From contig OZ076409.1 in NCBI GenBank assembly GCA_964187785.1, forward strand, positions 37,760,001 through 37,824,000: 64,000 nucleotides of DNA, given 5' to 3'. The stretch is from Amphiscolops sp. MND2022 (taxonomy: Eukaryota). The position numbers were made by a program, and so were the translations under genes. Below, piece by piece: positions 13,129 to 26,144 of this stretch. The notes under the pieces are model-generated. The model ran no database searches, was not told where the DNA came from, and saw only the letters and a list, made by a program, of their open reading frames with translations. The stretch's first letter is position 1. Every line of letters begins with the position of its first letter.

Positions 13129-16100
13129 TCAAAAATAAATTTTTGCAATAATTGCAATAATTTCACAATATATTTTACTAGTATATGAATATATATAACA
13201 ATTATATGGCTTTTAACACAGTTTCTGCCGACCAAAGCTCCCTGTTATAATGGAGAAATTGAATGGCCTCCACATGCAGTGGTGACAATGCATGTCGCAA
13301 ATGAGTTTGTGTCAACCGATGCGACGCAATTGTATTGGCTGACGACGCAATTCGTTATTGCTCAATTATTTTTGCGGTTGAATAAATAATTAGTATTTCA
13401 AGATTCAAAAATAAATAGTTTTTATTCCATCATCTCAAAAATAAATTATTTTTATTTATTTATTGCAATTATTTCCGTTGAAATAATTTTTTCGGTAACC
13501 CTGAAAATATAGGGCGGAAAACTGGTCGAATATTAACTCGTCGAATAATAATTGAGTGCAAACTCGTCGAATAATTACAGATTACAAACAAGGATTGTTC
13601 AGTGCTAATTGTGCTAATTATGGATTGTTTTTCTTTTATTGAGTTTCAGTTTCGCACATAATATAGCTTTTCTAGTTATAAAATTGCTTGAAATGTTTCA
13701 CTTTTATAGTTAACAGTGAAATACTTCATAATACGTTGGAACTTAATAACACAGTACGATCACAAAGTTAGCACTATATTTGTCTGAGATTATTTTCTGT
13801 CCTTGCGACGAATTTTCCGCCTAGTATTTTCGACCAGTTGTTTTCGGCGAGTTGTTTTCGACGAGCTGTTTTCCTAGGTTCGTGCTTATTTGATCTGAAC
13901 AAGACGAGAACAGCTCAAAGTACGATAACAGTATTGGAAATAAGTCACTGCCATGTCGACTGCTCTATAGGTTTTCGTCTCATTCGTGTCTGTCTTAAAT
14001 AAAAAATAATTGACTGTAATAGTCTGGCTATTTTAGTATTGAATGAAAGCGCCGACTTAAAACAATAGACAACTAATGTGGAATTTAGAAACGCCGCATA
14101 AAAACAATGAGCAGCTCTAAGATTAAACATGCTAAGTGAAATCAGACAAAAATGCGCATTGAACGGAATAAAAACAATGTTGATTAGATTGAGACAAAAA
14201 CAAACCGGGAACAGCCCAAGTAGTCACCCGCGTGAGGCCCGAAAAGCGTTAAGTCTTTGGACTTTGCTGTTGGCTTGTTTTGTTGAAATTTCAAAAAAAT
14301 GGCGCAGCGCTGATTAACTCAAAAAGGGATTTTCTTTTCCATCAATGGGGGTACCTTTTTGGTACAGGAAGAAAATTGGAGGAAGACTCACACGGACTAA
14401 AAAATTCAAAAAAGTCTTTTGTCTAACAAATTTCTCAAATGAAAACACTGAAAACCTGGATAACTAATATTGGATTTTTGAATACCTTCGAAGAGTTGGA
14501 CTGATGTCCGGAAAATCTATAACAATGAGATAATCTATAAAAATTCGATTCAATTTTATCAAGCTGCCTATAAAATGCATCCTAAATTTGGCGGCAATTC
14601 TGCGCCGCAAAGTTCTACAGGTTTCATTAAGACGTCGTTCTTAGCATTAGGACGTCGCTCAGACCGCTGCTTTAATCATCAATTTTACCGCGATTTTAAT
14701 GCAGATAAACTTCAATCACAATATAAGTTTCAAAGTAGCGTCTTATTCAGCGTGCTATTTGACTAACGGTGATTACATAAGATACTTACTTGAGAAACTT
14801 ACGCGTGAAAACAAAGTGATCGCGGCGGTGAAGATGTGGAATTGTTTTCAGTTTTAATTCAAATAGTGGAGGCTGCATTGTAATCCTACAAAATGTTTCC
14901 ATGCAGGCTCCCGAAATTTTCCATGTTTTGTAAAAAAATTAACCTGCATGTTTCCATGCAGCATGTAAAAAGACAAGCAATCTCGACTAGGGCCCACCTT
15001 AATCCTAGTAGTTCGCCGAAAAAGTGAGAACAGGACAAGATCTAAATTGTAGACGTTCGATCCTCATCATAACGCTAAGGCCTTTAGATCCAAAAACGCG
15101 TTTATACAGTTCAATTCCGAAACAATAACAAGTCGGGAACAGCAAAAGTCGGCGCCCCACTGAAAGCTCAAAAAGAGCAAAAGTACTTCAAAGCGCCATG
15201 AAATCTCACTGAATAAATTCTCAAAATTTTCAGCAAAACAGTACCGAAAAAAACCCAAAGGGTGAACACTGAGCTTTGAAGAACTTTTTGCTTTAAATGT
15301 TGGCAGAAACATCATGAAATAAAATTTTTCTGCTTCTTTTCCCACCGGACATCATAAAATCAAAACGAGAACCTTTTTGTGAAAAATTAGGCTTTCAAAA
15401 AATTGCACAGTGTAGAAAAAACCAGAGGTAGATCTTTTTGGGCTTAAAAACGCTTGTTCCTTTACAAGAAACAAAAAAGAAAAGGTGGACTTTTTAGGTA
15501 AGGTGATTTTATTGGTAAAAAAGTGGCACAGTTCCAAAAAATTAGGTTTCGAAAACCTCGTTCAATCCGAATAGATATGAGAAAATACGAATCGGCCCTT
15601 CCTAGTAAACTGCCCCAGTAAAGATGAGCCTTTTTGTCTAATTCACGAATCTGTGCCTGTGGTGCTCCAGCTTCCGAACTGAATGTAGATAATGACAAAA
15701 TATTGTTGTGGACGAGATTCCTGTACAATTGTTGTAATTTTATGCCTACTTTGACAACTTTGGATCCTATTTTGCAATTTTAGATATTATTCCGCAAGTC
15801 ACCCTGAATGACGAAAACTTGACATAATTACACTTTGGAACATTTTTGAGGGCTGTCTAAGTGGTAGTTTAGATAACAAAGCGTAAGTCATGCAACGCCA
15901 TCCTGTGATCAACGAAGTTTTGACACATATTGAAAAATTCGTTCAAAACTGAGGTGGCATCCAAGCATGACTTTGGCCAAAACCCTGTCAGCAAAAAGCA
16001 TAAAGAAACTGACAGAGAAGCGTCCCCGCCAGAGAAAGCAAGCGAAAAAAGCGTGACAAGCACATAAAAAGTCAAAAAGACAGCAAATTGGCTGAATCCA

Positions 16101-16865
16101 CGGTGTTTGCTTGCTGAAATCATGGTTTTGAATACAGCATGACAGCTTGAAGACCACAGTACCCGTCCCCTGGGGTTGTGCCCAGCTCGAGCGCTGGTGC
16201 CATGCCACCCCAACACCTACAAGTTTCGCCGAACTAGACTTCGTTATCTTGATTGATGTGATTTCACTGTGTGATTAATATTTAGCTCGAGGGCTACCTC
16301 CAATTTGTTGCATTTACTCAGATTCCCGCTGATGAAATTCAGTTATGCAGTACTTTGTTGTTTTATGAGCTATCAACGCGGTGGTTGTGAGAGGAGGAAA
16401 GCGCAATACCCGTGATTCCTAGCAGTTACAGACTGGTTTCAGGCCAGAGAGCATCCTTAGAGGCGGTTCCCCCTCCTCGGAACCGGCTATCCTTAGAAGG
16501 ACAAAGTGAGCTAATATCATGGAGGCTTGTCACGGACCATATCCATGGTACCAGTTCCTCCATTCTATTGTTACAATACAATCGCTTAACGCTTGCCGTT
16601 ACACCACGTTACTGTTTCTAAATTTTTTTGTGTGGAATAACGTCTGAAAACATTTTTTTTGGGAATACTGTCTAAACTCACTATATTTGCGAAATAACGT
16701 CTAAAATCACTGTATTTTGGAAGAAAATTATCTAAAACCAATGTATTCAAAACACTATTCGAACAGATTTTACTTACTGTTATGGAAAAAAATTCACTTT
16801 TACTTCGATCAGTTTGAAAAATACCTGCATATTTTTGCCAAAATATTTTAATGGTGGGGAGGGGG

Positions 16866-17570
16866 TGTCATGCCTGATGCATGTGAATATTGAACAAAAG
16901 ATGTGGCTAACCACCCAACATTCCAGAGCTGAAACAAACCAAAATACGGCACACGAAGTCTGGCGAAGGGGAAGAATGTGGTTAACTAAACCACATCAAG
17001 AAACTTAAACTCGAATCTTTCAAATGCGTCATTTATATTTAATTTCCCAATCATAATCCATACATTCTCTACATGTACCTTTTAAAACAATTTCATGATA
17101 TATTAGGTAATTGTACAAGTAATGTGGCTAGCGCACCATCATCAGATTTTGTTTTAATGCAGTTAACCTCGTGACCAATGCTTACATTAACTATTTGCTC
17201 ATACGATGAGAGAAACATAACTACATTGCAGTACCAACCGAGTAAACCAATTAGTGAGTCATGTAACTATGGTAACGCGTGTAAATGTGAGTGTAATTCA
17301 GTAAATATGAGCGGGATGGATAGAGTAAGTAATGCGGAGAGTGAAGGTAGATCACAAGAGAACAAATGAACGAGTTTGACAACGGCAACTTGCTAGAGTA
17401 CCGAACTGAGGCTGAACGACGTGCAGTAAACCAACGATTCACCGAAATGAATACGCAAACCAGTGAACTAACGAACTTAGTTCTTGTCCTGACAGAAAAG
17501 ATATCCTCTAGCAATAGAGAAGGGAACGTTGTAAGTACTGCCTCCAATGAACAAGACACACGTTCCGACA
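16866..17570 (+). repeat. 5' LTR of element B (internal ~200-bp deletion)
   Basis: TGTCA...CGACA; matches 31516-32430. Followed by the PBS remnant AGGTGACAGGAG. Confidence 0.88.
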
Positions 17571-18750
17571 AGGTGACAGGAGCTCCTACAATCAATCCTC
17601 AGACGAATCCACTGTGCCCATCCACATCGCAATTCCCTCAGTCATCCACCAACCAAATTGACGACATTGTAAACGAAATCCACCACCTGAGAGATACCAC
17701 CACGAATACAGTACAACGTCCAACAAGACTTCAAACGCAAGTCCCACTTTTCCGAGGAAATCGGGAAACGTACAACGAATTTGAGCACCTTCTGGTCAAC
17801 CACCTCAGGCCACACCAGCACAAACTGTCAGAAGAGCAGAAACTGACATACTTCCAAAGTTAGCTACGCGACGACGCTATTGAATTCTGGCAGTCATTGA
17901 AAATAACGAATCAGACAACCTTAGCGCAAGTGTTGCGTTATTTCAAGAGGGAGTATGCCAAAGAAGACCTGAAAGAAGTGGCCAACTACAAGTTTGACCA
18001 AATGCGATACGACCCTTCCATACAGACATTTAACGACTTTCTCAACTAATTCAAGAAAGCGGCGAAGCAAGCATTCGGGAAAGAACTAGTGACATAAGTG
18101 AGACCTTTTTGGTCGCAAAGCTCCAAGTTCAGATGCAGAATGAACTGCCAATGGCAGGCAAACACGACGCATCGATGGAAGAGATTCGGACATTTGTGCA
18201 ACAGAGATGCCAGTATGCACAGCTCCTTCTGAACATATCCAGTGCACACCCATTCAATCAGATGAATGCACCACAACCAAATGCAGTCACACCTCAGACG
18301 TTCAATTCCCAACCCCAACAAAACAGGAAACCAAATGGGCAATGCCGTCCCTGCGACATACATGGGCACAAATAGGCGGAATGCAGGAAACGCCTCAGAG
18401 AAGAGGCACAAACCAAAACCGCAAACCAGAATCCACAACAGCCAGCCCAATCCAACCAAACCCAAGAAGTCAGACCAAAATACAACCCTAAACTAGTATG
18501 GCAAATCTGTGGCAAGGTAGGACACTCAACCCGAGACTGTTACTATAGAAATACGGCTATATCAGCATACAGAAGCGTTCCGTATCCCAAACAGTCAACG
18601 GAGAAAAACAAACAGTTCAGAAGGGATTTCCGACAGACCAACAGCAGAGTCTACAATACAAGCGAGCTGTCCCACACAACCAGCGACGAGATCGACAATG
18701 CTGAAGAAACGGAACGACACGATGACTTAGAAGACCCAAAAAATGTTTAA
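17308..18750 (+). pseudogene. gag: Gag of element B (starts in LTR; ATG deleted in the 5' copy)
   Basis: LQTQVPLFRGNRE.YNEFEH motif shared with C; degenerate CCHC knuckles; multiple stops. Confidence 0.8.
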
Positions 18751-21700
18751 AGCCCCGTCATCCTCCTCAATCACACAAAAGTGCGCTCCAAACTCAACCA
18801 CAACCAACTACTACTGAAACTCGACTATATACCGAAAACCACACGGGGTGGCAGTCCCGTCCTTCAACTTATACTAAGGAAACTACAAACTTTGTCATCA
18901 CAAGACACTCGACTGACAACTACACCATCAAGGCGAAGGAGAACAAGCGAAAACCCGAAGTCAACAACATAGAACCGTTACATTCAGATAACACATTGCG
19001 CGACCAACCGCATGAAGACAATCAACCCACATCTCCAGAACCAAACCATCCACCGAAGAAGCCAAAGTACGAAGTCCGCCAATTGAGCGCCACCCTGCAA
19101 CTCAATAAGAAAAACAGGATGTTGTATGTGCCACTTCAATTCCGAGCATACGAAAATTTTGGCCTCCTAGATACGGGAGCAATCCAAAGTGCTATCTCAG
19201 AAGCAGAACTTAGACGCATCCTCACAGCCCACCCAGCTGCCCTTCCCCAAGCGCTCCTGTCCCGGAGTTCAAAGTACAGATCGCTAATGGCAACATCGGA
19301 CCAGTGAGGAAACATGTCTTGTTAGGATTCTTTATTCTTTATCGGCGGAAAAGTCTTTGAAGAGACACTCATGGTTCTCCCGACAATGGGGAACGTACTC
19401 GTTGGAATGTCATTCTTCAAGAAATACTCCGTTACGCTACACTTAGCCAACAACATAGTCAAATTCCCGGATATCACCCTCCAGCTACGATCAGTCAACA
19501 GGAAAAATAAATCACTCGAATTGAAAACAACTCAGAATGTTGTGATCCAACACAACCAACAAGTGTTCGTCCCAGTGGTGATTGAACGCGACCTAGTCGA
19601 CATCACTGGTACTGTAGAAGGACTACCCGGTTTTTAAAGACGCTCACACCTGAAGGTATCTCCGGCTCTCAGCGAAACCCAGGAGGGTCGGACTCACGTT
19701 CAGATCACAAATCCACTCGACTACCAGGTTACCATCAATGTGAGTACTGCTGTAGCATCATTCAAGATAATGACACAAAAACAAGCTAAAAACCTACTGC
19801 CGATGACAACCCACCAACTAAACCTGAATTCACAAAACCCAGACGACGCTGAAGCAGTTTGTAGCGAAACTTTCCAGGATCCAACTGTAATGTCAGATAG
19901 ACGAAGGTACTCTTGGCCTGAGACTTGAGATGACCCGTCAAAACTCAACAAGATTGAAAAACGTATCTACGATGAGATCATCAAACTCAGGGCAGAGGAG
20001 AAACTGGATCCAACAGCAAGCAAATAAAAACGGCAAGAATTTCTGGGGGTTTTTCAGTGGAAACTATCAATACTGAACACTCACGAGAAGCAGAAAATTG
20101 AGGCTCGATTGGTCAAGTACCATGACATCTTCGCCAGACGCAGACTGGACATAGGGATCAACACCGAGTTCAAGATAAAGTTGACTACCAAACACGACAG
20201 AACCGGTTAATGCCCGAAGCTTACCTACACCAACGAGCCTGAAAGACGATTTACTGGTTGATTTGGCGTTGATGCTGGAGTACGGTATAATCACAACATT
20301 GCCGTACAGCAAGTACTCATCACCCATCTTCTCCCAGCGCAAACCAAATGGGAAGCTCAGGTTCCTTGTCGACCTTAGAAGAATAAACCATTTACTGAAA
20401 AATGACTACAACCAACACAACCACCCAGTGACAACGATGGCAGACGCAGCGCAACATATGGCAGGAAAGCGATACTTCTGTAAACTGGCCTGTTCACAGG
20501 CGTACCACTGCTTGCAGATGGCAGATGAACAACCAGTCCAGCTACTCGCATCCAATTTAGTAAGTAGGACTTTCGCCTACCTCAGGCTAGCTCAAGGACT
20601 GAACCGATCAGTATCAGCCTTCAACAGTACGGTTCGTGAGAGTACCAGGTGGTCAAGGCTGATAAGTGCGCTCAATATGCCAACGACATCGGCATTGCTG
20701 CCAACAATGAGTTGGTCGACAACATTGAGTCAGTTTTCATCAAGATCAGACAAGCTGGCCTGAAGCTGTCAATGGCTAAATGCGCCCTGACATAGAGTTC
20801 CTGGGACGGAGCATCACCTCCAAGGGAGTTGCACTCATTGAAGAAACAATCGACAAATTCTTGAAAAACATCAAGTTACCGACGTCCGTGAAATCTCTAC
20901 AACGGTACATTGGTTTCATTCAGTTCTACCACCAAAACATTCCATGCCTAGCCGAAAAGCTTGTACCACTTTACAAACTGTTACAGAAAGATGTCAAATT
21001 CGAATTACATCAAGTCCATTAAGATGCCATATTCAACTTCAATGAGAGCCTCGCAAATTCAGCCAAGATTTTGCTGCAACTACCACTTCCGGACAAACAG
21101 CTAGTGATCATGTGCGATGCTAGCGAGAATGCAGTCGGATACGTTCTCTTGATCGAGGATTACACTGAAGCGAATGATGGACCAACGAAGTCATATGCAC
21201 CAGTAGCCTTTGCTTCGCAAAGGTTTACTGAGGGCGGTGTGTCACGCACGATGTACGCGAAGGAGTTCCTGGCTTGCACTTCGCATTTGACGAGTTCGCC
21301 CATATCTTGTGGGGAGTGAAGAATCCAACGATCGTCATGACTGATAACAAAGCACTCACAAGATTTTTCCAGTCCAAACAAAGACCGCCAAAACTGTGGA
21401 ACTACTGCGACCAGGCCCTCCAATTCGACTTCGTCCTGGCCCATGTACCTGGTATTGAGAATCCGGCAGCTGACTACCTGTCCAGAAGTGACATCAACCC
21501 GAATGACAGTGTTCACCTCAAACTCCACGATGAAAAACCAGTCTTCAAAGTCGAAACTGATCTGGCATCCAAGACGACTAAACAAGATGATGACGAGAAG
21601 GAGTACATCCCAGAAGATAAAGATGTACGCTTTCGTAGTGTGTGGCCTTCGACGTGGCGCAAGTGGGCAGCGCACGGTTCAGCCTGTGCGTCAAACAGCA

Positions 21701-24700
21701 CACAAACACTCTGGAAAAAGAATGGGGACGAGGCCGCAAGGATCTACCCCACAACCTCCCAGAAGTGCATGGAGCGGCGAAGGGCTAGCCACCCGGAGCA
21801 TCTCCCCAACAAACATAATGGCGAGTGCCCTCCTGGACCCGGTAGTATAGGCGCGAGACAAACAGACGCTCCACAGCAGACGCCACACAAGTAATCATCA
21901 GAACCCAAGAGGACATGTAGTACATCAGAGCAAGACGCACTGCAGCCAACAGCCCGGAAGACGGAAACGAATCCGAAGGACGCCTTCTAGATCTGGAGAA
22001 AGCTTACCCCAGAGTTTCAAAACCGGCCTTATGGCAGATTCTAGAGCGTCTCGGTCTCAAAGGCAACTTCTTCGACACTATCAAGGACCTGCACGAAGCC
22101 ACGTCCTACGCCGTCAAGAGCAGAGAGGGCGAGAGCGAGAATTGGCTCCCACAACGTGGTCTCATTGAAGGATGTCCAACCAGCCCCGTCCTCTTCAACA
22201 TATTTCACCGAGTGGTGATAAGAGATGCGAAGAAGAACAGACGGTCGAGGAGCTCCTCACCGGTGGGGATCCCCTGAAGTCACATCGTGCAAGACAAAAT
22301 CCCCGGACCGAACCAGTTTGGGAAGAACAACTCGGAATGTCAAGACAGCCACCTGGCCAAGTCCTTATTCGCAGACGACACCACCATCCTGGGCACAGCC
22401 AGAGAAATGCGGACAGGATGTGACGCGGTCAAAGAAACCATGCAGAGCTTCGACGAGAAGAACAGCACCCTCAAAGAAGAGAAACTAATCTGTGGAGCGG
22501 AGCAGTCGGCGGACATCAGAAAGCTCGGATGTTGGGTGGACCCCAGAATAGACACACGGAACCATATGGCAAGATCTGCAAAGCTCTGGGCAAAACTGAA
22601 GCCACAACTGATCAAGAGTAGGCTCTCCAAAGTACAACAAGCCCTGGTAGTGCAACCCTGCGTGGAAACCGGCCTCCTTTTCGATGCAGCCACACGCCCG
22701 TGACAGAAAAGGGAAATAAAAACGATGCAATGTTGGATAGACAGAACCTATCGGTACATATGGAGCAACAAGAAAGAAACCCCCTTAAGACGATAGAAAA
22801 AAACCACACGAACATGCAAGATAGTCGAAACAGCCTTGGAATAAAGATTCTGCAAACCAAGATCAAAGAAAAGCCTCCAAAGAATCGGACACGTTCTCAG
22901 GATGGACCAGCACAGACCGGTGAAGCGAGCTAAATGTGGATGGTTACCGGAGATGGAGCACAACTCAAAACAGAGAACGAAGATTAGAACAACCCTATAC
23001 TATTGGCTCAAACTTGTGAAGGAAGCGGGAATTGACACCAAAAATCTAGATTTCCTCACGGCCAACCGCAACACGTGGACAGAAATAGTCCGAAAACGGA
23101 ACGACCACCTAGCAAAGTGAGAAACTAGCCGAGGAGACAGAAACAGAGAAAATGCTCAATACACGCCCAGGAATGACAATCACCCGGAGAGACCTGACGT
23201 TCCCTGATTGCGAGATGATCTGTAAAACCGCGGGAGTGTTAAGCATCCACATCAAACGGATGCACCGCCAAGCGACCACATCATTTAGTTGCGGAAAGAG
23301 TCAAACCGAGTTCAAATCCGGATACACGCTCAAAAACCACCACGAAAGATGCCGAGGAGAAAGAAAAGTCGGGTCCTCAACCCGAGTGCAGCGAATGCGA
23401 AAAAAACAACACAGTCATCAAACTTCGCAAGACATCGGAAGAAGTGTTGCCCTTCCGCCCCCGAAGCACCACAACCCAGAAAATACAAGGCCAGATATGT
23501 CCCATGCCCCCAATGCGAATATCCAGTTGCAGCCATAAACCTTGCTCGACACCTCCGCGCCTGCAGAGCCAGACGGAAGGAAAGCGCACCCTCAGCAATA
23601 GGGTGAATGCTAAAAAAGGAGAAGAAGACAATGGTCTACCTGATGCGACCACACCCGAAAATCTGACGATGCAAACACTACTGGCGACGTTCCCGCAACA
23701 ACGTCATGAAGACGAGGAACAGTGCAGCAGACGCTTTGACGAGATCAGGTCCCAGATACAACCATTTGTGACGCCCCCTGACCCAACACTTTTCTTCAAC
23801 CGATTCTACCAACGGAACCAGGTTCACATGGAAAATCAGGTATGCCCTTCGGGGACTTCAGAAATTCTTAGGGCTCAAGGCGAAAATAGTGATGTCCAAC
23901 GTGTAAATAGGATCCTCATTTTGCAAGAAACTCCTCCGAACCAAGTGAACTTTGCAAGTACCTTTTTTCAAAAACTTTTCAAAAACCGTGAAAGACTTGA
24001 AGTTTTGAACAACGTATTATACAGGCAGTTTTTTGACAACGTAGGAAACTTAGCTGACCGACAAATTGTAGTTCCTCCAGAAACTACGGAAGCCATATTT
24101 AGAACGATGCATGGCGACACATGCAGGACACCCTGGCGATTCCAAAATGTTAGGTGAACTAAGGAAAAGGTACTACATCCCGAATCTAGCAAAAAAAGTT
24201 CAAAATTTTGTAAATAATTGCCAAGACAGTATCAAAGCGAAACCTAGTAAAAAGTAGCACCGTGACTTAGTCGGTGAGTTCCCGCGATCTAATGGGTACT
24301 CACACATTCTGACTGCATGCGATTATTTCTCACGATATCTGTTTGCCATTCAGATCCGTAAACCTGATACCAAATAGGCAGTTGACGCACTGCTAGACAT
24401 ATTCACGAAACACGCATATGTGCCAAAACACATCATCGCTGATAAAAGCGCAGCCTTTACATCACAGGTCATACAAGAATTGATGGACAAAGCTGGGATC
24501 AAGGTATCCCTTGCGACGAACAAACATGCCCTAACTATTGGGATGATCAAAAGATCGCATCAACGTCTGAAGCAGATCCTGAAAATAAACGTCTCCGCGG
24601 ACCGCCCACAGTGGGACCGATACGTCAATCTTGCTGTGATGGCACACAAAACGACCTACCACCAAACTCTAAAATGTTCACCGACTGAAGTCTTCCATGG

Positions 24701-25618
24701 CCGCGCGCCATAAAACGCGCTTGATCTTAAATTTGGCACCCCTCTAAGCTCTCCGAGGAACGCCATTGACACACAGTCGCTAGTGCACAATTTGAAGGCT
24801 AAGTTCAAAGAAACTCACACCAACATAAACCGAGCGTTCCATAAGTATAAAGCGTGCTACGATCGAAAAGTGCAAGCATCACCACTAAAAGTAAACGACT
24901 TTACCTTTTTACTGAACCCAAAATTATCGCGCAAACGAACAAAATCCCTTTCAACTCCTTCAATTGGGAGGGCCCTTACAAAGTAGTTAAGGTGTTATCA
25001 CAATCGAGCTACATTGTCAGAAAAGTCGGTACCTTCAAAACACAGTGTGTATAATATAGAAGGCGACTCTGCCCGTTCGTACCACACGACCCCATTGAAG
25101 ATGTAAACGACGACGTAAACCGACATTACAGTGACCCCAACGCCACTGACGACAAGTCAAAATTCAACGATAATCTGCCTGCATCCGAACAATCACTGCC
25201 GGCTGAAAACACATTTGAAATCGAGACAAACGTAACCGAATTTTTTGATTCTGAGCACGGAACCATTTATTACGAATAAAGACGCGTTCATGAGGTACCA
25301 CCTCTATCCAGTCCGATTCCAGAAACTGCCCACACTGAAAATACGCACCAAATTGAAGCTGAAAATCAATCTGACCAACCACCAATACCACTGCCAAATA
25401 ATGAGTCTAGTCTAAACAACACATTCCGACAAAGGGTGATGTGGCATCGATCACATCGTCTACCAAAATGTCCGCACCGACCACACGAAATAACAATACC
25501 CGATAGAGCCTCCGAGAAGCAACAGTGCCAAAAAACATTTGATAACTTTCATGTTCATGAACTGCAAGCAAAACCCACACTTCTAAAATTGATGCAACGA
25601 AAATCTGCAAACCAATAA
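18739..25618 (+). pseudogene. pol: Pol of element B, interrupted by a LINE
   Basis: LLDTGA protease, RT (LRFLVDLRRIN, YFCKL), RNase H MCDAS, integrase fragments; many stops and frameshifts. Confidence 0.88.
21621..23622 (+). mobile_element. 5'-truncated non-LTR retrotransposon (RTE-like) with C-terminal zinc fingers
   Basis: RT motifs LDLEKAYPRV, GLIEGCPTSPVLFN, LFADD. C2H2/C2HC motifs. 3' hairpin CACCCT/AGGGTG and a GAA-rich tail. TSD AGAAGATAA/AGAAGACAA; removing it restores pol EYIPEDNGLPD. Confidence 0.85.
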
Positions 25619-26144
25619 AAATTACATGCATTCATTTGAAAGTGGTCTACGTCACTACATGCAACTACCTAATTGAAAAACAGCTTTCCAAAAAAACTTT
25701 TCAGTGACGACTGGAACTCACTGTCATACACACTAGAGAGTACCGGCAGAGTAATATATTACTCTCTACTGAGACAGCTGAGCACAAAGTAAACACATGC
25801 AGTGTAGCTACACTCACCACATCGCTACATGAAACAGCTGATCGAGGTAAAACTTACATGTAATGCTGCTATGCACACCACATCACTACAACCTGATATT
25901 AGAAATATATGTATTCAACATGAAAATTAGCCACTAATTTGTTCAATTCACGGGAAATTCCACCCAAGCAAATTAAAAGGGATTGCTCTGATGAGAAGCT
26001 GTGCTTCCCGGGTAATCCGATGACACAGTGGGTTCTAAGTTAGGTTTGTAGAGATTTTGTGACAACAAAACTTTTTCCCCTAAAACTTGAACTTTTAAAA
26101 CTAAAGAAACGACAGTAAAATGCAGTTGTCGCACCCCCCTCGAC

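Larger units (their letters stand above)
7191..13503. mobile_element. hAT-family non-autonomous element (split by Gypsy A)
   Basis: TIR CAGGGTTACCGAAAA / TTTTCGGTAACCCTG. 8-bp TSD AAAATATA at 7183-7190 and 13504-13511. Confidence 0.85.
7116..13881. mobile_element. MULE/Mutator-like MITE (outermost layer of a nest)
   Basis: 9-bp TSD GTGCTTATT at 7107-7115 and 13882-13890. Imperfect TIRs built from AACTCGTCGAAAAC-like units. Confidence 0.7.

Noticed and set aside
15869..16216. Overlapping ~100-aa ORFs
   Set aside because: No recognisable homology or gene structure.
16853..16865. PPT-like G-run before B's 5' LTR, suggesting a tandem element sharing an LTR
   Set aside because: No retroelement internal sequence upstream, and the 3' flank GTGGG matches GGGGG as a TSD in a G-rich target.
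25988..26030. Hammerhead ribozyme core (CTGATGA followed by a GAAGC/GCTTC stem)
   Set aside because: The required GAAA after stem II is missing and the site is not seen in C.
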